DNA of 45,635 nucleotides from Limisphaerales bacterium (GTDB lineage: Bacteria; Verrucomicrobiota; Verrucomicrobiia; Limisphaerales; SIBE01). The stretch's first letter is position 1. The number at the start of each line of letters is the position of its first letter. The stretch is from contig JBGAIN010000048.1 of assembly GCA_044225505.1 (NCBI GenBank), forward strand, positions 1 through 45,635, given 5' to 3'. The notes beneath the pieces were generated by a model, which had not been told where the DNA came from, did no database searches, and worked only from the letters and a program-made list of their open reading frames with translations. Positions 29,581 to 39,715 of this stretch are shown piece after piece. Made by a program: the position numbers and the translations under genes.

Positions 29581-30032
29581 AATGTCCGGCGGACCAGGCC
29601 AAGCCACCCATGCTGGGCTCAAGATTGGCAGGCCGATGCCGACCATGGCGGGAACTTGGTTGGGGCGACTGTCAGCGCCAATGGCGAATGGATGGGGTTG
29701 AGCAGCGTCCATGCGTCGCAGGGGAAGAGTCGTCCGTCGCCAGGACCAAGAGCGGCGAGATCTCATATGGGCAAGAATCGGCCCTGGAGATCGTTGCTAG
29801 CGACGTTCTGTAACGTTATCGATTTCGTAACTTCCTTCACCAAAACTACTTGGCTCGGAGACACAGAACCTCAAACACCAAATCCCGATTGGCCCGTGGC
29901 ATGAGCCCGAGATACCCGATTTGGAGCAAGCTTTACAGCCGAAAAGCGCCCGTGCAAAACAGCCGCTAAGCGCCTCGTCGCAGGGGGCAAGACGTCCTAA
30001 CTAGGCCAACTCCAAACGGTTCCTCAGGTCCG

Positions 30033-30065
30033 ACCCCGCACGCACCCCGCACGCACCCCGCACGC
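30033..30065 (+). repeat. 11-bp tandem repeat ACCCCGCACGC x3
   Basis: Three perfect copies at 30033, 30044 and 30055. Confidence 0.85.
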
Positions 30066-30448
30066 GGACGCAGGGCGGGCCGAGGACGGAGCGCTGCGGC
30101 GAAGCAGCCGCTGGCGCACCGTGGAAGAAACGCTCGGCACGGTGGCGACTGTATTGGGAGTTGGAGAAGCGCACTTGCGGCAGCGGCGTGGGCGCTGGTG
30201 AGGTATGGGGGGGTGAGCCAGCGAAGCGCCGCGACGGTGTTGGGAGTGGGAACCGGGGCGGCCGCGAGTCGCCAAATCGCCAAGTGGCAGGAAATGATCG
30301 GCCAGGAACAGTCTTGGCGAGAGCTCAGCAGCGAGCTGGATCGAAGGCTGCGGAATGGCTAAATACTAATTCAAGGCTGACCCGTCGGACAGGATGAGTT
30401 TAATCAACTAAAGGGGCAATTGTCGCTTTTCCATTTCGGGAGATGATT

Positions 30449-33196
30449 TCACGGGTTTCGCACTTGGTAAAAACGAGTCGGCGAGGTTGAACCGACCGTG
30501 TTCGTGAATGCGAATCGCCCCTCGGCGACTTCGAACGCCGGGCCCAGGACAGTCCAATCATTGAGCGGCGAGCTGACGTTTGTTGTGCTTAAGACGGTAA
30601 AGCTTCCCGCGGCCTTTCCAGCAAAGGAAAACCAGAAGCGTCCATCCTGCGAAATGGTCACATCGGCTAGTTGTGGGCTGCCAGAAGGCGAGGAGCCTAC
30701 CGTGAAGGTTCGCTCGGGCGCGAAGGGGCCGCCGGCAAAGGCGGTGTCGATCGCCTGCGCACTCCAATAATAGGTTCCTGGAGCCAGCGCTTCGATGAGC
30801 AGGTTTGTCCGCATCTGCGCGTTGCCGATCGCCGGCAAGAGCCGACGGCCATCCTCACGCGCCTGAGCACTGAGGACGTCGCCTGCCATGGGCGAGGTTC
30901 CAATGCGCACGTTGTATGATAGGCCCGCTGCGGGCGTTTGGGAGTCACTGGCGGGAGCCCACGTGAGCAGCACGGTCCGGGAGGACGCGGCGGCAGCCAG
31001 ATCAGAGGGGGCAGTCGGGGCCGTGTTGGAGCGATCACTTTCGTTGCGCCAAAGCCCATAGTAGGCCACAGGACTGGACGTGTTGCCGGCAAGCAGAAGA
31101 TCAAGACGCCCGTCCTGGTCAAAATCTGCCCAAGCGGTCGCCGGCTCCCATATACCCTGGCCTTTCGGCTGCGGCAGTTCGGGCGCGACGGTGGCCGTGA
31201 CGTTCGAGAAGGTGCCATCGCCGTTGTTGTGCCAGATTTGCGAAACTCCGGTGTTGAACTGAATCGAGCCCGCCACGACGAAGTCCAGGTTTCCGTCGTT
31301 ATCATAGTCTCCCCAGGCAATCGACCCGTTTATTAACTTCGGCAGTTCGGGTGCCGCGACGGCAGAGACATCGGAAAAGGTCCCCCGATGGTTGTGCCAG
31401 ATCTGAACAGCGCCAGCGGCGGTGCCGCCGCCGTCCTCGTAGACCGGATAAGCCATCAACAGGAAATCCAACCATCCGTCATTGTCATAATCGCCCCAGG
31501 ACTGCGCCACTCCACCGACCTCCCGTAATCCTGGGGCCACCTGGGACGTCACGTCGGAGAATCCCAACGAGCCCTCGTTGCGCCAGAGTTGCGATGCTTC
31601 ATCCGTGCGACGCCCGTTTGTCATCCCGAATCCCCTCATGAGCAAGTCCAATCGCCCGTCGTTGTCGTAGTCCACCCAGGCGGCCGGACCACTTAACGCG
31701 GGCAAACCGGCGTTGGAGGACGAGGTGAAGCCGGAACTCGTGTTGAGCCAGAGTTGCGGGAGTGTTTCTGTGGAGTTCATGGCCAGCAAATCCAGCCGCC
31801 CATCATTGTCGGCATCCCCCCACGCCAGCCAGCTTCGAGGAAGGGGAGATCCATTTAAGCCTGAGAAGGTTGCAGCGGTGGAGAAAGTTCTGTCAGGCTC
31901 TTGGTGCAAGAGGACGGCGCTGGCTGAGCCGCTGATTCCAATATCGAGCCTCTCATCGTTGTCATAGTCGCTCCAGGCCCCTGCGCCACTAGCCACCGGC
32001 AAGGATGGCGTTAGCCGCGAGGTCACTTCTGATAAGGTCCCATTTCGATTGTTCCGCCAAAGTCCGGAAGCGGCATTACCGGAGGTCGGTCTAGGGGTGC
32101 CCGTGAGCAAGAGATCCAGCCAGCCGTCCGAGTCATAATCGCCCCAGGCCACTCCGCTGACCAAAAAACCGGAGGGAAACTGCGTTCCGCTCGTAAGCAC
32201 GAAATCCGGCGGGGTGAAGGCAACGTCCTCGCTTGCCACCTGGGCGACCGCATTCGAAAGGACAATTCGATAGTGATAAGTGGTTCCGGGCACCAAACCG
32301 GTGACGAGGTTGCTGATGGTTAGTCCGAAGACATTCTCCGGAACGGTGCTGACTGGCGATCGGGCGCCGTAAGCGGCAGTGGGGCCATATTCAAAATAAT
32401 AGGTAGCCGGGAAGCCGTCGGGCTGAAGGTGCGCTCTCATCCACGCACTGGCGCGCCGTAGATCCGCCGGTGAGAGAGCCGCGACAAAAGGCAAGGGATT
32501 CGTGTCGGGTGAAACCGGTCCTTCACCCAGCGGAATTGATCCCGCTGCCCGCTTCCAGCCCTGTGTTACGGGATTCGGAGCTACTGGCAGGTTTCCCTCG
32601 AAACCCGCGTTGTAAGACGCCACAACCTTTCCGCCGAGAATTTCAAAAGAGACTTGGTGGAGAAGCATTTCGCCCTTTCCGGCGGAGGAACTGCTCCCCC
32701 AACTCACCTGATGCGACTGGGCGGAGCTAGCCTGCCCGAGCCACTCCCCGGCCAACAGATCATCGTAGAAATATTTCACGCGCGTGTTCACCGGGTTGTA
32801 TTCTAAAACATGACGATGGTAGTTCGTGTTACGGCTGCCCAACGGAATGGATGGAGGAGAGCCTTCGATCGGCAGGACACCGAGATTTCCGTACAACTTA
32901 AGCCCATACCGGACTGTCCCTGACCCGACCAGCAAGTACATGGCAGGAGGAGAAGATCCGTATTTTTCTGCGAGACGCGCCGTCGCAGTCAGCCGCCAGC
33001 CCTTGCGAAATGCTTCCTCGAGTTGAGTGTCCGTCAAAGTCGCATAGTAGGTGAGCGTGGAGCCGGTGACGTCGGAGCTGTCCTCGATTCTCCATGCGTT
33101 CGGGCTTTGCGCCCGGCCGGCGACCATGACCAGGACGATTACCAGAACGATCAAGCTCTGGATCCGGACCCTGCTTTCACAAACAACGGAGTTCAT
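30449..33196 (-). CDS. Secreted FG-GAP/VCBS-repeat protein with N-terminal lectin-like domain and FN3-like modules
   Basis: Signal peptide. Seven W(G/S/V/A)D(Y/A/F)D(N/S/Q)D(G/E).LD repeats. FN3-like GLVPGTTYHYRI and PTAPSDL..LTW..YNVRIG..YYWSAQAID. C-terminal tail ...STNV..PL.DW..LG...F...TRFYQV. Confidence 0.85.
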   Translation of the reverse strand: MNSVVCESRVRIQSLIVLVIVLVMVAGRAQSPNAWRIEDSSDVTGSTLTYYATLTDTQLEEAFRKGWRLTATARLAEKYGSSPPAMYLLVGSGTVRYGLKLYGNLGVLPIEGSPPSIPLGSRNTNYHRHVLEYNPVNTRVKYFYDDLLAGEWLGQASSAQSHQVSWGSSSSAGKGEMLLHQVSFEILGGKVVASYNAGFEGNLPVAPNPVTQGWKRAAGSIPLGEGPVSPDTNPLPFVAALSPADLRRASAWMRAHLQPDGFPATYYFEYGPTAAYGARSPVSTVPENVFGLTISNLVTGLVPGTTYHYRIVLSNAVAQVASEDVAFTPPDFVLTSGTQFPSGFLVSGVAWGDYDSDGWLDLLLTGTPRPTSGNAASGLWRNNRNGTLSEVTSRLTPSLPVASGAGAWSDYDNDERLDIGISGSASAVLLHQEPDRTFSTAATFSGLNGSPLPRSWLAWGDADNDGRLDLLAMNSTETLPQLWLNTSSGFTSSSNAGLPALSGPAAWVDYDNDGRLDLLMRGFGMTNGRRTDEASQLWRNEGSLGFSDVTSQVAPGLREVGGVAQSWGDYDNDGWLDFLLMAYPVYEDGGGTAAGAVQIWHNHRGTFSDVSAVAAPELPKLINGSIAWGDYDNDGNLDFVVAGSIQFNTGVSQIWHNNGDGTFSNVTATVAPELPQPKGQGIWEPATAWADFDQDGRLDLLLAGNTSSPVAYYGLWRNESDRSNTAPTAPSDLAAAASSRTVLLTWAPASDSQTPAAGLSYNVRIGTSPMAGDVLSAQAREDGRRLLPAIGNAQMRTNLLIEALAPGTYYWSAQAIDTAFAGGPFAPERTFTVGSSPSGSPQLADVTISQDGRFWFSFAGKAAGSFTVLSTTNVSSPLNDWTVLGPAFEVAEGRFAFTNTVGSTSPTRFYQVRNP

Positions 33197-33406
33197 TCAA
33201 AATGTTCGAGTCTTTATTTTTCCATTGGCGGTAACTGTTCCTCTGGACGGGCATGCAGATCGGTGCGACCACGGTTAACCAGCCTTCTGGCCTGATGGCA
33301 CGGGTTGGAGAAGTTGCCTTCAGCTGCCGGCACTCTCGGGAAACCAGAGAATAAGACATACTCTGAGCAATCCGTCAAAGATAAACAGCAACGCCGGCGG
33401 ACCGTA

Positions 33407-35356
33407 CAGCGCGTATGCATGAAGGGTTCAGGAGAGTTTTGGGCGGCGGTTGGTGAGAAAGGCCAGGGCCTTAGCCAGATTGTCCTCGCCCATGGCAGCC
33501 TGGAAATCGGTGAACCAAAGGGCGCAGGGTTTGAGTTGCTGCCCCCGCCAATGCGCGTAGAGGCTGACAGCGATGCGGCGGAGCATCCCCAGGATCCACA
33601 AGCCATTGGTGTTGCGTACCCGGCAACGGTCATCATTGAGCGAAACGTCCAAGCGCTGGTGCGTGCCATTCTCGATGCCCCAAGCTTGGCGATTGGCCCG
33701 GAGCCACGCCTGGGCCGAGAGTTCCTGGGGCGAGAGGTCAGTGATGAGACCGACGGTTTCGTCCTTGCGCCCGACGTGTTGACGTGTCACCAGGGCGACT
33801 TGGGCGGCGAAGGGGAAACCGATGTCCTCCGCGGCGACGGGGCGACTCTCCAGAGTGCGGCTTTCGGGAACGCCTTTATTCCTCTCCACGGTGCGCGCCC
33901 GGGTGGGCGTCACCGGCAGAGGGGGAAAAACCCACCTGCGGGGCCGGAACTTTCTTCTCAATATTCTGGCGCAAAGTGGGCTGGTTGTTTTTGACGGTGA
34001 GCAGATAGTGGGCTCCGTGTTCCAAGACCAATTCGCGGGCAGTCTGGTCCTGAGTATGGAGGGCGTCCAGAGCAACGTGTCGTCCGGTTAAGTCCAGTTC
34101 GCCAAAGAGTTGGCGCGCCACCGGAATCTCATTGGTTTTGCTATCGACCAGCGCGCTGCCCAAGTAGAACTGGCTGGGAACGCTGATGGCGCTCAGGATG
34201 GCATCGCCCGGCCCATGGTTAGGCTCTTTGCCGTCGATGACGATCAACTCGTCCGGGGGCGGTTGGCCCCGCACTTGGGTTTGGATTTGCAGTAATGTCT
34301 GGTTGAGAGCAGCGCCATCGAGCTTGGCCAAAAGGCGGGAGAAGGTCGATTGGCTGGGAGCGGGGAAAAAGCCCTGCGGATTGGGCCGAATCCCCAGGGC
34401 GCGGCGTTGGTGTTGGGTTAAGCGCCGCGCCAGCTTGGCCAAGTCCTTTTGGCCCCGGGGAGCATCGCAGAGCATGGCCAGCAGCATCAAGGTCACCAAG
34501 GACCAAACCGGATAGGATTCGACTCGCCCGCGATACTCCGGCAAACCCCTGAAATGCTCGGTCAGGCTCTGGATTTCGGGGCACTTAGCGTAGCAACGAG
34601 CGCCCGCCTTTTTCTCCACGCTGGCCAGGGCCGGTTTGAGGTGCTCGGCCTGCAGGCTGCGGCGGGCATTCCGGATTAATTCCCGGACAAACAGCCGTTT
34701 GGGCTTGTCGTGTTGGACGTAATAGTCCCGGCGGTGGCGGCCACAGCCATCGGTCAACCCGAGCTCTTGCCAGCCCTGGGCGGTATAAACGGTGCCGTTG
34801 AACTGGTCGGGATCGACGAAGGTCTCGACCACCAGGACCGGATGCTCATAGCGGGCCTGCCAATCCGCGCTGAGCCGATCCAAGCTCAGGCGCAGCACGC
34901 GCGAACCTAGGTTGCGACAGTGGGCTTGTGGCAGGATCAGGAAACGGCTGTTATTAACCACCAGGCTTAACCGGCGGTCGCACTGGGCCCGGGTCCAACC
35001 GATCCACTGGTCACGGTGTTTGAGATGCTTGGCGGCGGCACTGAAGACCAGCACTGCCAGCCAGTGCCCCTGGCCATCCACGGCGGCGTAGAACATCCGT
35101 TCGCCAACGGGTTTGAGGCGGCCCAAATAATGGTGTTTCTTGAGCAACTTCTGGAGGTGGCGCTGTTCGTCAAGATCGGCCACGAGCACGACTTTGACTT
35201 CATCGAGACTCGTCGGAGCGGTGCCAGCAACCAGTTGCGCCGACGGTTTGTTACGTTTCACGCCAGGGAGCGTAAAAAGTTGGCGGAGGTTTGTCCCGCC
35301 AAATCTGCATTAACCCTCTTTTACGGGCTTCCCGACACTTTCATGCATACGCGCTG
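33407..35356 (-). mobile_element. ISAs1-family insertion sequence, 1950 bp
   Basis: Perfect 17-bp terminal inverted repeats CAGCGCGTATGCATGAA (33407-33423 and 35340-35356) enclosing an ISAs1-type DDE transposase. No target-site duplication is visible. Confidence 0.9.
33428..35261 (-). CDS. ISAs1 transposase with N-terminal DUF4338 (DruA-like) domain, split into two overlapping frames at T5C5 (33921-33930)
   Basis: ORF1 (35261-33876): HHYLG..RDQWIGW..VVNNSRFLILP..VETFVDP..GTVY (DUF4338), then PSQSTFSR, IDGK, TNEIP, LDALHTQ, VKNNQP. ORF2 (to 33428): WGIENGTHQRLDVSLNDD. Confidence 0.85.
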
Positions 35357-35675
35357 GGGCAGCACGAAAGTCCGCCGAAGGGCAGTAGCAGCGACAGCGT
35401 TGACGGAAGGTCACCAAATACTTTTTCCAACGGTATTTTAGAGCGCCAAACGATCTCGAGGCCCTTCTGTGCAGGCCGGATCGCGTTCTTTCGAAATGTG
35501 AGTTGGGCACTTGTAAAGCACATTCGGGGTCGCCTCCACGGGCCGTCTACGAGAAATTGGAAGTGCTGCGTTTCGCTTTGGGCATCGAAGCCAGGGTGCC
35601 TACTCGTTGATTCCCCAGCGTTCATGCCAGTCGTACGGCAAGTGCTCCAACACCTGTCGGACTCGATGGGTGGGG

Positions 35676-36212
35676 TCAGTTCGAATTTGCGCTGGTTTCG
35701 TGTGTGCGACAGCGAGACAGTCTCAATTTCGCTGAGGTGTCTTGGTGGCAAATCAACGTCAAGCCGTGGCACCGCGTGAACTCGAACAACTGGTGCGGCG
35801 CGGATTGTCCGTGAGTACAGCCGCTCAGCCCGTCCAATACGGCCACGGCAGCGTCCGATATTCGTCTTTGTGCGGCCCAATGGTGGAGCCATCCCCAGGT
35901 CCAGGCGGGAAGAAATTCGAAGCACCGCAAGGCGAGCAGAATGAGATGCGCCTCCGCAGCTTGAGCCAGTGCATCCTGTTCCGTCTCCGACTGTCTCAAT
36001 TCCTCCACGCGCCATGTCTTTACGGCCCAATCAGTCGTTTCACCAGCCTGCCGCACTGCTCGCTCGAGAACGGAGTGGGCTTTCTCACCGAGAGCCAAAT
36101 CGTCGTAGATGACGACAGCTGTCAAAGGAAACCTGGAAACCGGCTCGTCGCTTGTGGTTCTGACGCTCATGAGACAAGAGGCATTCGTTTTCAGAGGTAA
36201 CGCGACATTCAC
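35676..36212 (-). CDS. Hypothetical protein
   Basis: 178-aa ORF with protein-like composition (AVVIYDDLALGEKA...W.V.TWRV..L...AAEAHLIL...W..W). Alternative ATG start at 36170. Confidence 0.65.
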   Translation of the reverse strand: MNVALPLKTNASCLMSVRTTSDEPVSRFPLTAVVIYDDLALGEKAHSVLERAVRQAGETTDWAVKTWRVEELRQSETEQDALAQAAEAHLILLALRCFEFLPAWTWGWLHHWAAQRRISDAAVAVLDGLSGCTHGQSAPHQLFEFTRCHGLTLICHQDTSAKLRLSRCRTHETSANSN

Positions 36213-36950
36213 CCTAGTTCTGTGGCGCCTCGAAGCGCAATCGGCTTTCTTCCGGAAACTGTCTCAGCATTTAGCTTAGGCCTCGGTTGACGCGCGAAGC
36301 GTCCTGCAGCCTAAAAGGCGGCCGGTTTACTTTTTCCAGGCTCGCAGGTCCTGGTTTCGCAGCTGTGCCGCGCCGCCGATAAGCTAAGGCAGGATATTAG
36401 ACAAGTGACAATTTGTTCTCACCCGTACTAATCGCTCTCGAATGGCCTGCCATGTATGCACTCTATCGCGTTACCGAAACGGGCTGAATGAATGGCAGCT
36501 CCCCTGGTTTTGGCACGAGCGTTATTTCATCTGCCAATCCGGCGGTAAACAAGACTTATATTTCTTTCTGACCTGGACTAGGCTTTGCTTTTGGCTTGGC
36601 CAAGTTGCTCATCCTATGTGCGGCCGGGCTCAAAGCAACGGTGGACCAAGGTCGAACAAAGCCTGGAGCAGCCCCGGCAGAACCCTGGAAGTGATGCCGC
36701 CCGACAGACCATATCCAGCCGACATCGCGGCAAAAAGACGGTGAATTGGCCTTAATGAAGCCACCGAAGCCCCGCTGGTGCGAAAAGTCCATTGATGCAC
36801 CCTAGGCCCGTATGAGCACATGCGTCATACGAGGTGGCCGAAAACGGTTTCAGCAATGTGCAAGCCATTGAGAACCAACACCCGCTCACATGGAACGATT
36901 TGTTCTCATTCTTCGGCTGATTTCGGCTTTTTTTCCGAACTTGAAAACCG

Positions 36951-38468
36951 GTGCGCCCTTTCCACTATGCGGCAGTGTACTCGTTGGTGAATTTTCTGTT
37001 AGGACTGGGCTTCGGGCCCAAAACGGCCTCACTCATCGTGCTATTGGCCGACCTCCTGGCACTGGTCACGATTCCCTCAGTGCTGCTTCAGCGTCGGGGT
37101 CGGCCGTTGGCTGCGTTGAGTTGGGTGCTGGCAATAGTTACCATACCTGTTCTGGGCGTCACCGCCTGGTGGCTTTTGGGCCGTACCCACCTCCAGAGAT
37201 TGCGTCGCCGACGTGAAAAGTCCGACCAAACGTTTACGGCGCGCTCCCCAGCTGTGGCGGAAGCTCTACAGCCAAGCAAGTTCAGCTCTCGATTTATGGC
37301 TGTCCTCCCTTTCGCCACGAGCAAACATCCGTGGGCCGACGGTGTGCTGCCGCCGACCGAAGCGAACTCCGTAGAGCTGTTGGTTGACGGGCGCGAAGCC
37401 TTCCCTGCCATGGCGGAGGCCATCGGGACGGCTCGCCGGCAAATTCATGCCATGTTCTATATCTGGCAGCTCGACGAGGCCGGGCGCAACTTCCGCGACT
37501 TGCTGGTTAGGAAAGCAAAGGAGGGGCTCAAGGTGCGCATCCTGGTGGATGCAGTGGGCAGCCCGGGAGTTCGCGGTTCATTTGTCGCCCCGTTGAAAGA
37601 AGCCGGAGCCAAGGTGGTCACCTTCCTTCCAGTCCGATTCCGTCCGTGGGCGCCGACGTTTAATTTCCGGAATCATCGAAAGCTCCTGGTGGTGGACCGC
37701 ACCGTTGCTTTCACTGGGGGGATGAACATTGGGAACCAGTACGCACAAGAATGGCACGATCTTGGCGTGAAGATTCAGGGACCTGCCGTGGCACAACTCA
37801 ATTCGATTTTCGAAGAAGATTGGTTCTTTGCTGCGGGAGAGGACCTGATCGAACATGAATCCACACCGGCTCTTGAGACGGTCGAAAAGCAGGGCCCTGG
37901 ATGCAATTCATGCGGCGTCTCGGCCGCTTGCGCTGTCATTGCGAGCGGGCCTGACCGGAAGCAGAATCGCATCCACGATGCCTTCTTCCTGGCGATCTCT
38001 CAAGCTCGCCAGCGCGTGCTGGTCACGACCCCCTATTTCATACCGAGCCACCCGATTATGGCAGCCCTCAGGGGCGCCTCGCAGCGTGATGTCTCCGTTC
38101 AAGTTTTGGTGCCCCAATGCTGCGACGTTCGCTTGGCCGGTTTGGCCTCGCGTTCGTATTACCCCGGGCTCCTTACAGAAGGGGCTCAGATTTGGGAATA
38201 TGAAGAGGGGATGGTACACACCAAGGCATTGGTAATCGATGACTGGCTCTCGGTCCTGGGCAGCGCCAACGTGGACAGCCGCAGTTTCCGTCTGAACTTC
38301 GAGCTGGCTTGTTTCATCGCCTCGCCAGAGTTGAACGCCCATCTGGCGGCGGTCTTCAATGGAGCCCTCCGGCGAAGCTCCCAAGTTGCCCTCGCCGCCC
38401 TGGAGCGTCGCCCCCACCGGGTGGCGCTAGTGGAGTCTTTGGCTCATCTGCTCAGCCCACTCCTGTAA
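36951..38468 (+). CDS. cls: Cardiolipin synthase (phospholipase D family)
   Basis: N-terminal TM helices. Two HKD motifs, RNHRKLLVVD..GGMNIG and HTKALVID..GSANVD.RSF.LNFE, plus TTPYFIP. Confidence 0.92.
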   Translation: MRPFHYAAVYSLVNFLLGLGFGPKTASLIVLLADLLALVTIPSVLLQRRGRPLAALSWVLAIVTIPVLGVTAWWLLGRTHLQRLRRRREKSDQTFTARSPAVAEALQPSKFSSRFMAVLPFATSKHPWADGVLPPTEANSVELLVDGREAFPAMAEAIGTARRQIHAMFYIWQLDEAGRNFRDLLVRKAKEGLKVRILVDAVGSPGVRGSFVAPLKEAGAKVVTFLPVRFRPWAPTFNFRNHRKLLVVDRTVAFTGGMNIGNQYAQEWHDLGVKIQGPAVAQLNSIFEEDWFFAAGEDLIEHESTPALETVEKQGPGCNSCGVSAACAVIASGPDRKQNRIHDAFFLAISQARQRVLVTTPYFIPSHPIMAALRGASQRDVSVQVLVPQCCDVRLAGLASRSYYPGLLTEGAQIWEYEEGMVHTKALVIDDWLSVLGSANVDSRSFRLNFELACFIASPELNAHLAAVFNGALRRSSQVALAALERRPHRVALVESLAHLLSPLL

Positions 38469-38730
38469 CGCAAACCATAGTCGACCTCACTGCCCGCGGT
38501 CGGTCAAAGAAAGGGAGCGAGAATGGCAAAACAGGAACCAGAACGCAAAAGAAGAGCGGCAGTGATATCGGGATAGACTGCATGCCGGGTCAAAGAATGA
38601 CATGTTGTCGATTTCGGGCAAGATTTAGCCCACGGGGGGCCCTGCCTCGGCGAATGTCTAAGCCTGACGTGATTTTAACCAATTGCCAATGTCGATGTCG
38701 TGAGAGCAAAGTGGTTCATTCCGTGCATTT

Positions 38731-39698
38731 ATGAACGAGTTTAAATTCAACTGTTCGGCGTGCGGGCAGCATATCCTCGCGGAAGCGCAATGGATCGGCC
38801 GCCGAATTACTTGTCCGTCATGTAAAACAGAGATTCAGATTCCTTCTCCGACCTCCTTACAAAAGCCGCTTGTGCAGAAAGATGCTCCCACTGCCGGGCA
38901 GCCCATTGTTCCGCGGCGCACGACCACGGAGGCTATCGAGAAGAGACCAAGGAAGTCTGAAACCACCCTCATTCCTCGTTCGACGGACTCTGCGAGCAGA
39001 GGAGACGAAAATCGGGCGTCGAACCGAGCGAAACCTGGGACTGAGGTATCTACGGCGCCTGCTGGCCCGATTCGCGTGGCCGTGCTCACGCCCGAAGTGA
39101 AACTGGAAATGGTGCGCGTAGTCCGTCGGCAGATCGCGAATGAAAGTTCCTGGCTTCGCGGAATTCAGGAGGGCAAGCGTGCATACGCAGCCAAACAGGA
39201 GCGAGGCAAGACGGTTCTCGTCGACGTCAAGAGTCCCGAAGCCAGCCGCTTCAGCCTCGTCGGGGCGTTTTTAATCGAGTTGGAACGACGCAACGTTGCC
39301 AAGGCCGCTCCCGGACGTCGCAGGCTGCTCGATCAAGAGATCCCGGATGCCATTCGCGAAGTTCTGTGGGAAGGCATGAGCGAAGAAGAACGAGAAGATA
39401 ATCCCGAAGCGATGGAAAATCTAAAGCTCGAATCACTGCTCTCGATCTCCCATTCCCAGTGTCTGGCGACTCTGGATGTCCTTGAGGACCGCTATTCTCA
39501 GCGCATGAGCCAGGCTCAGGCGGAAAGAGCCAAGAGGAAGCTGGGAATGTGCGGCTCTCGGATCTTGTCCGTAAGCTGGAGAAGAAGAGCCATGCCCCGG
39601 AAGACGTCGCCACGGCGTTGTATCACGAACTGATCGAGATCCGCCGGAGACTTGATCGGCTGGAGAGCAGAGCCTTGGAATCAAAAACGAAGCCGTGA
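38731..39698 (+). CDS. Zinc-ribbon-containing hypothetical protein, apparently frameshifted near 39546
   Basis: MNEFKFNCSACGQHI...ITCPSC. The in-frame tail looks like nonsense, while the -1 frame reads NVRLSDLVRKLEKK...VATALYHELIEIRRRLDRLE..* ending at 39698. Confidence 0.65.
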
Positions 39699-39715
39699 TT
39701 TCGGTGGCCCCTCTT

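Noticed and set aside
28068..30448. CRISPR array, tRNA or protein-coding genes in the long intergenic stretch
   Set aside because: No regularly spaced identical repeats with unique spacers and no cloverleaf. The ORFs are short, overlapping and motif-free.
33305..33994. 229-aa plus-strand ORF across the IS end
   Set aside because: It is an antisense shadow of the transposase and crosses the TIR.
33407..35356. Druantia anti-phage system
   Set aside because: Only a DUF4338-like domain fused within an IS is present. There is no DruE helicase or other dru gene in the window.
36442..36744. 100-aa ORF upstream of cls
   Set aside because: No motifs. It lies in a probable divergent promoter region, so coding cannot be supported.
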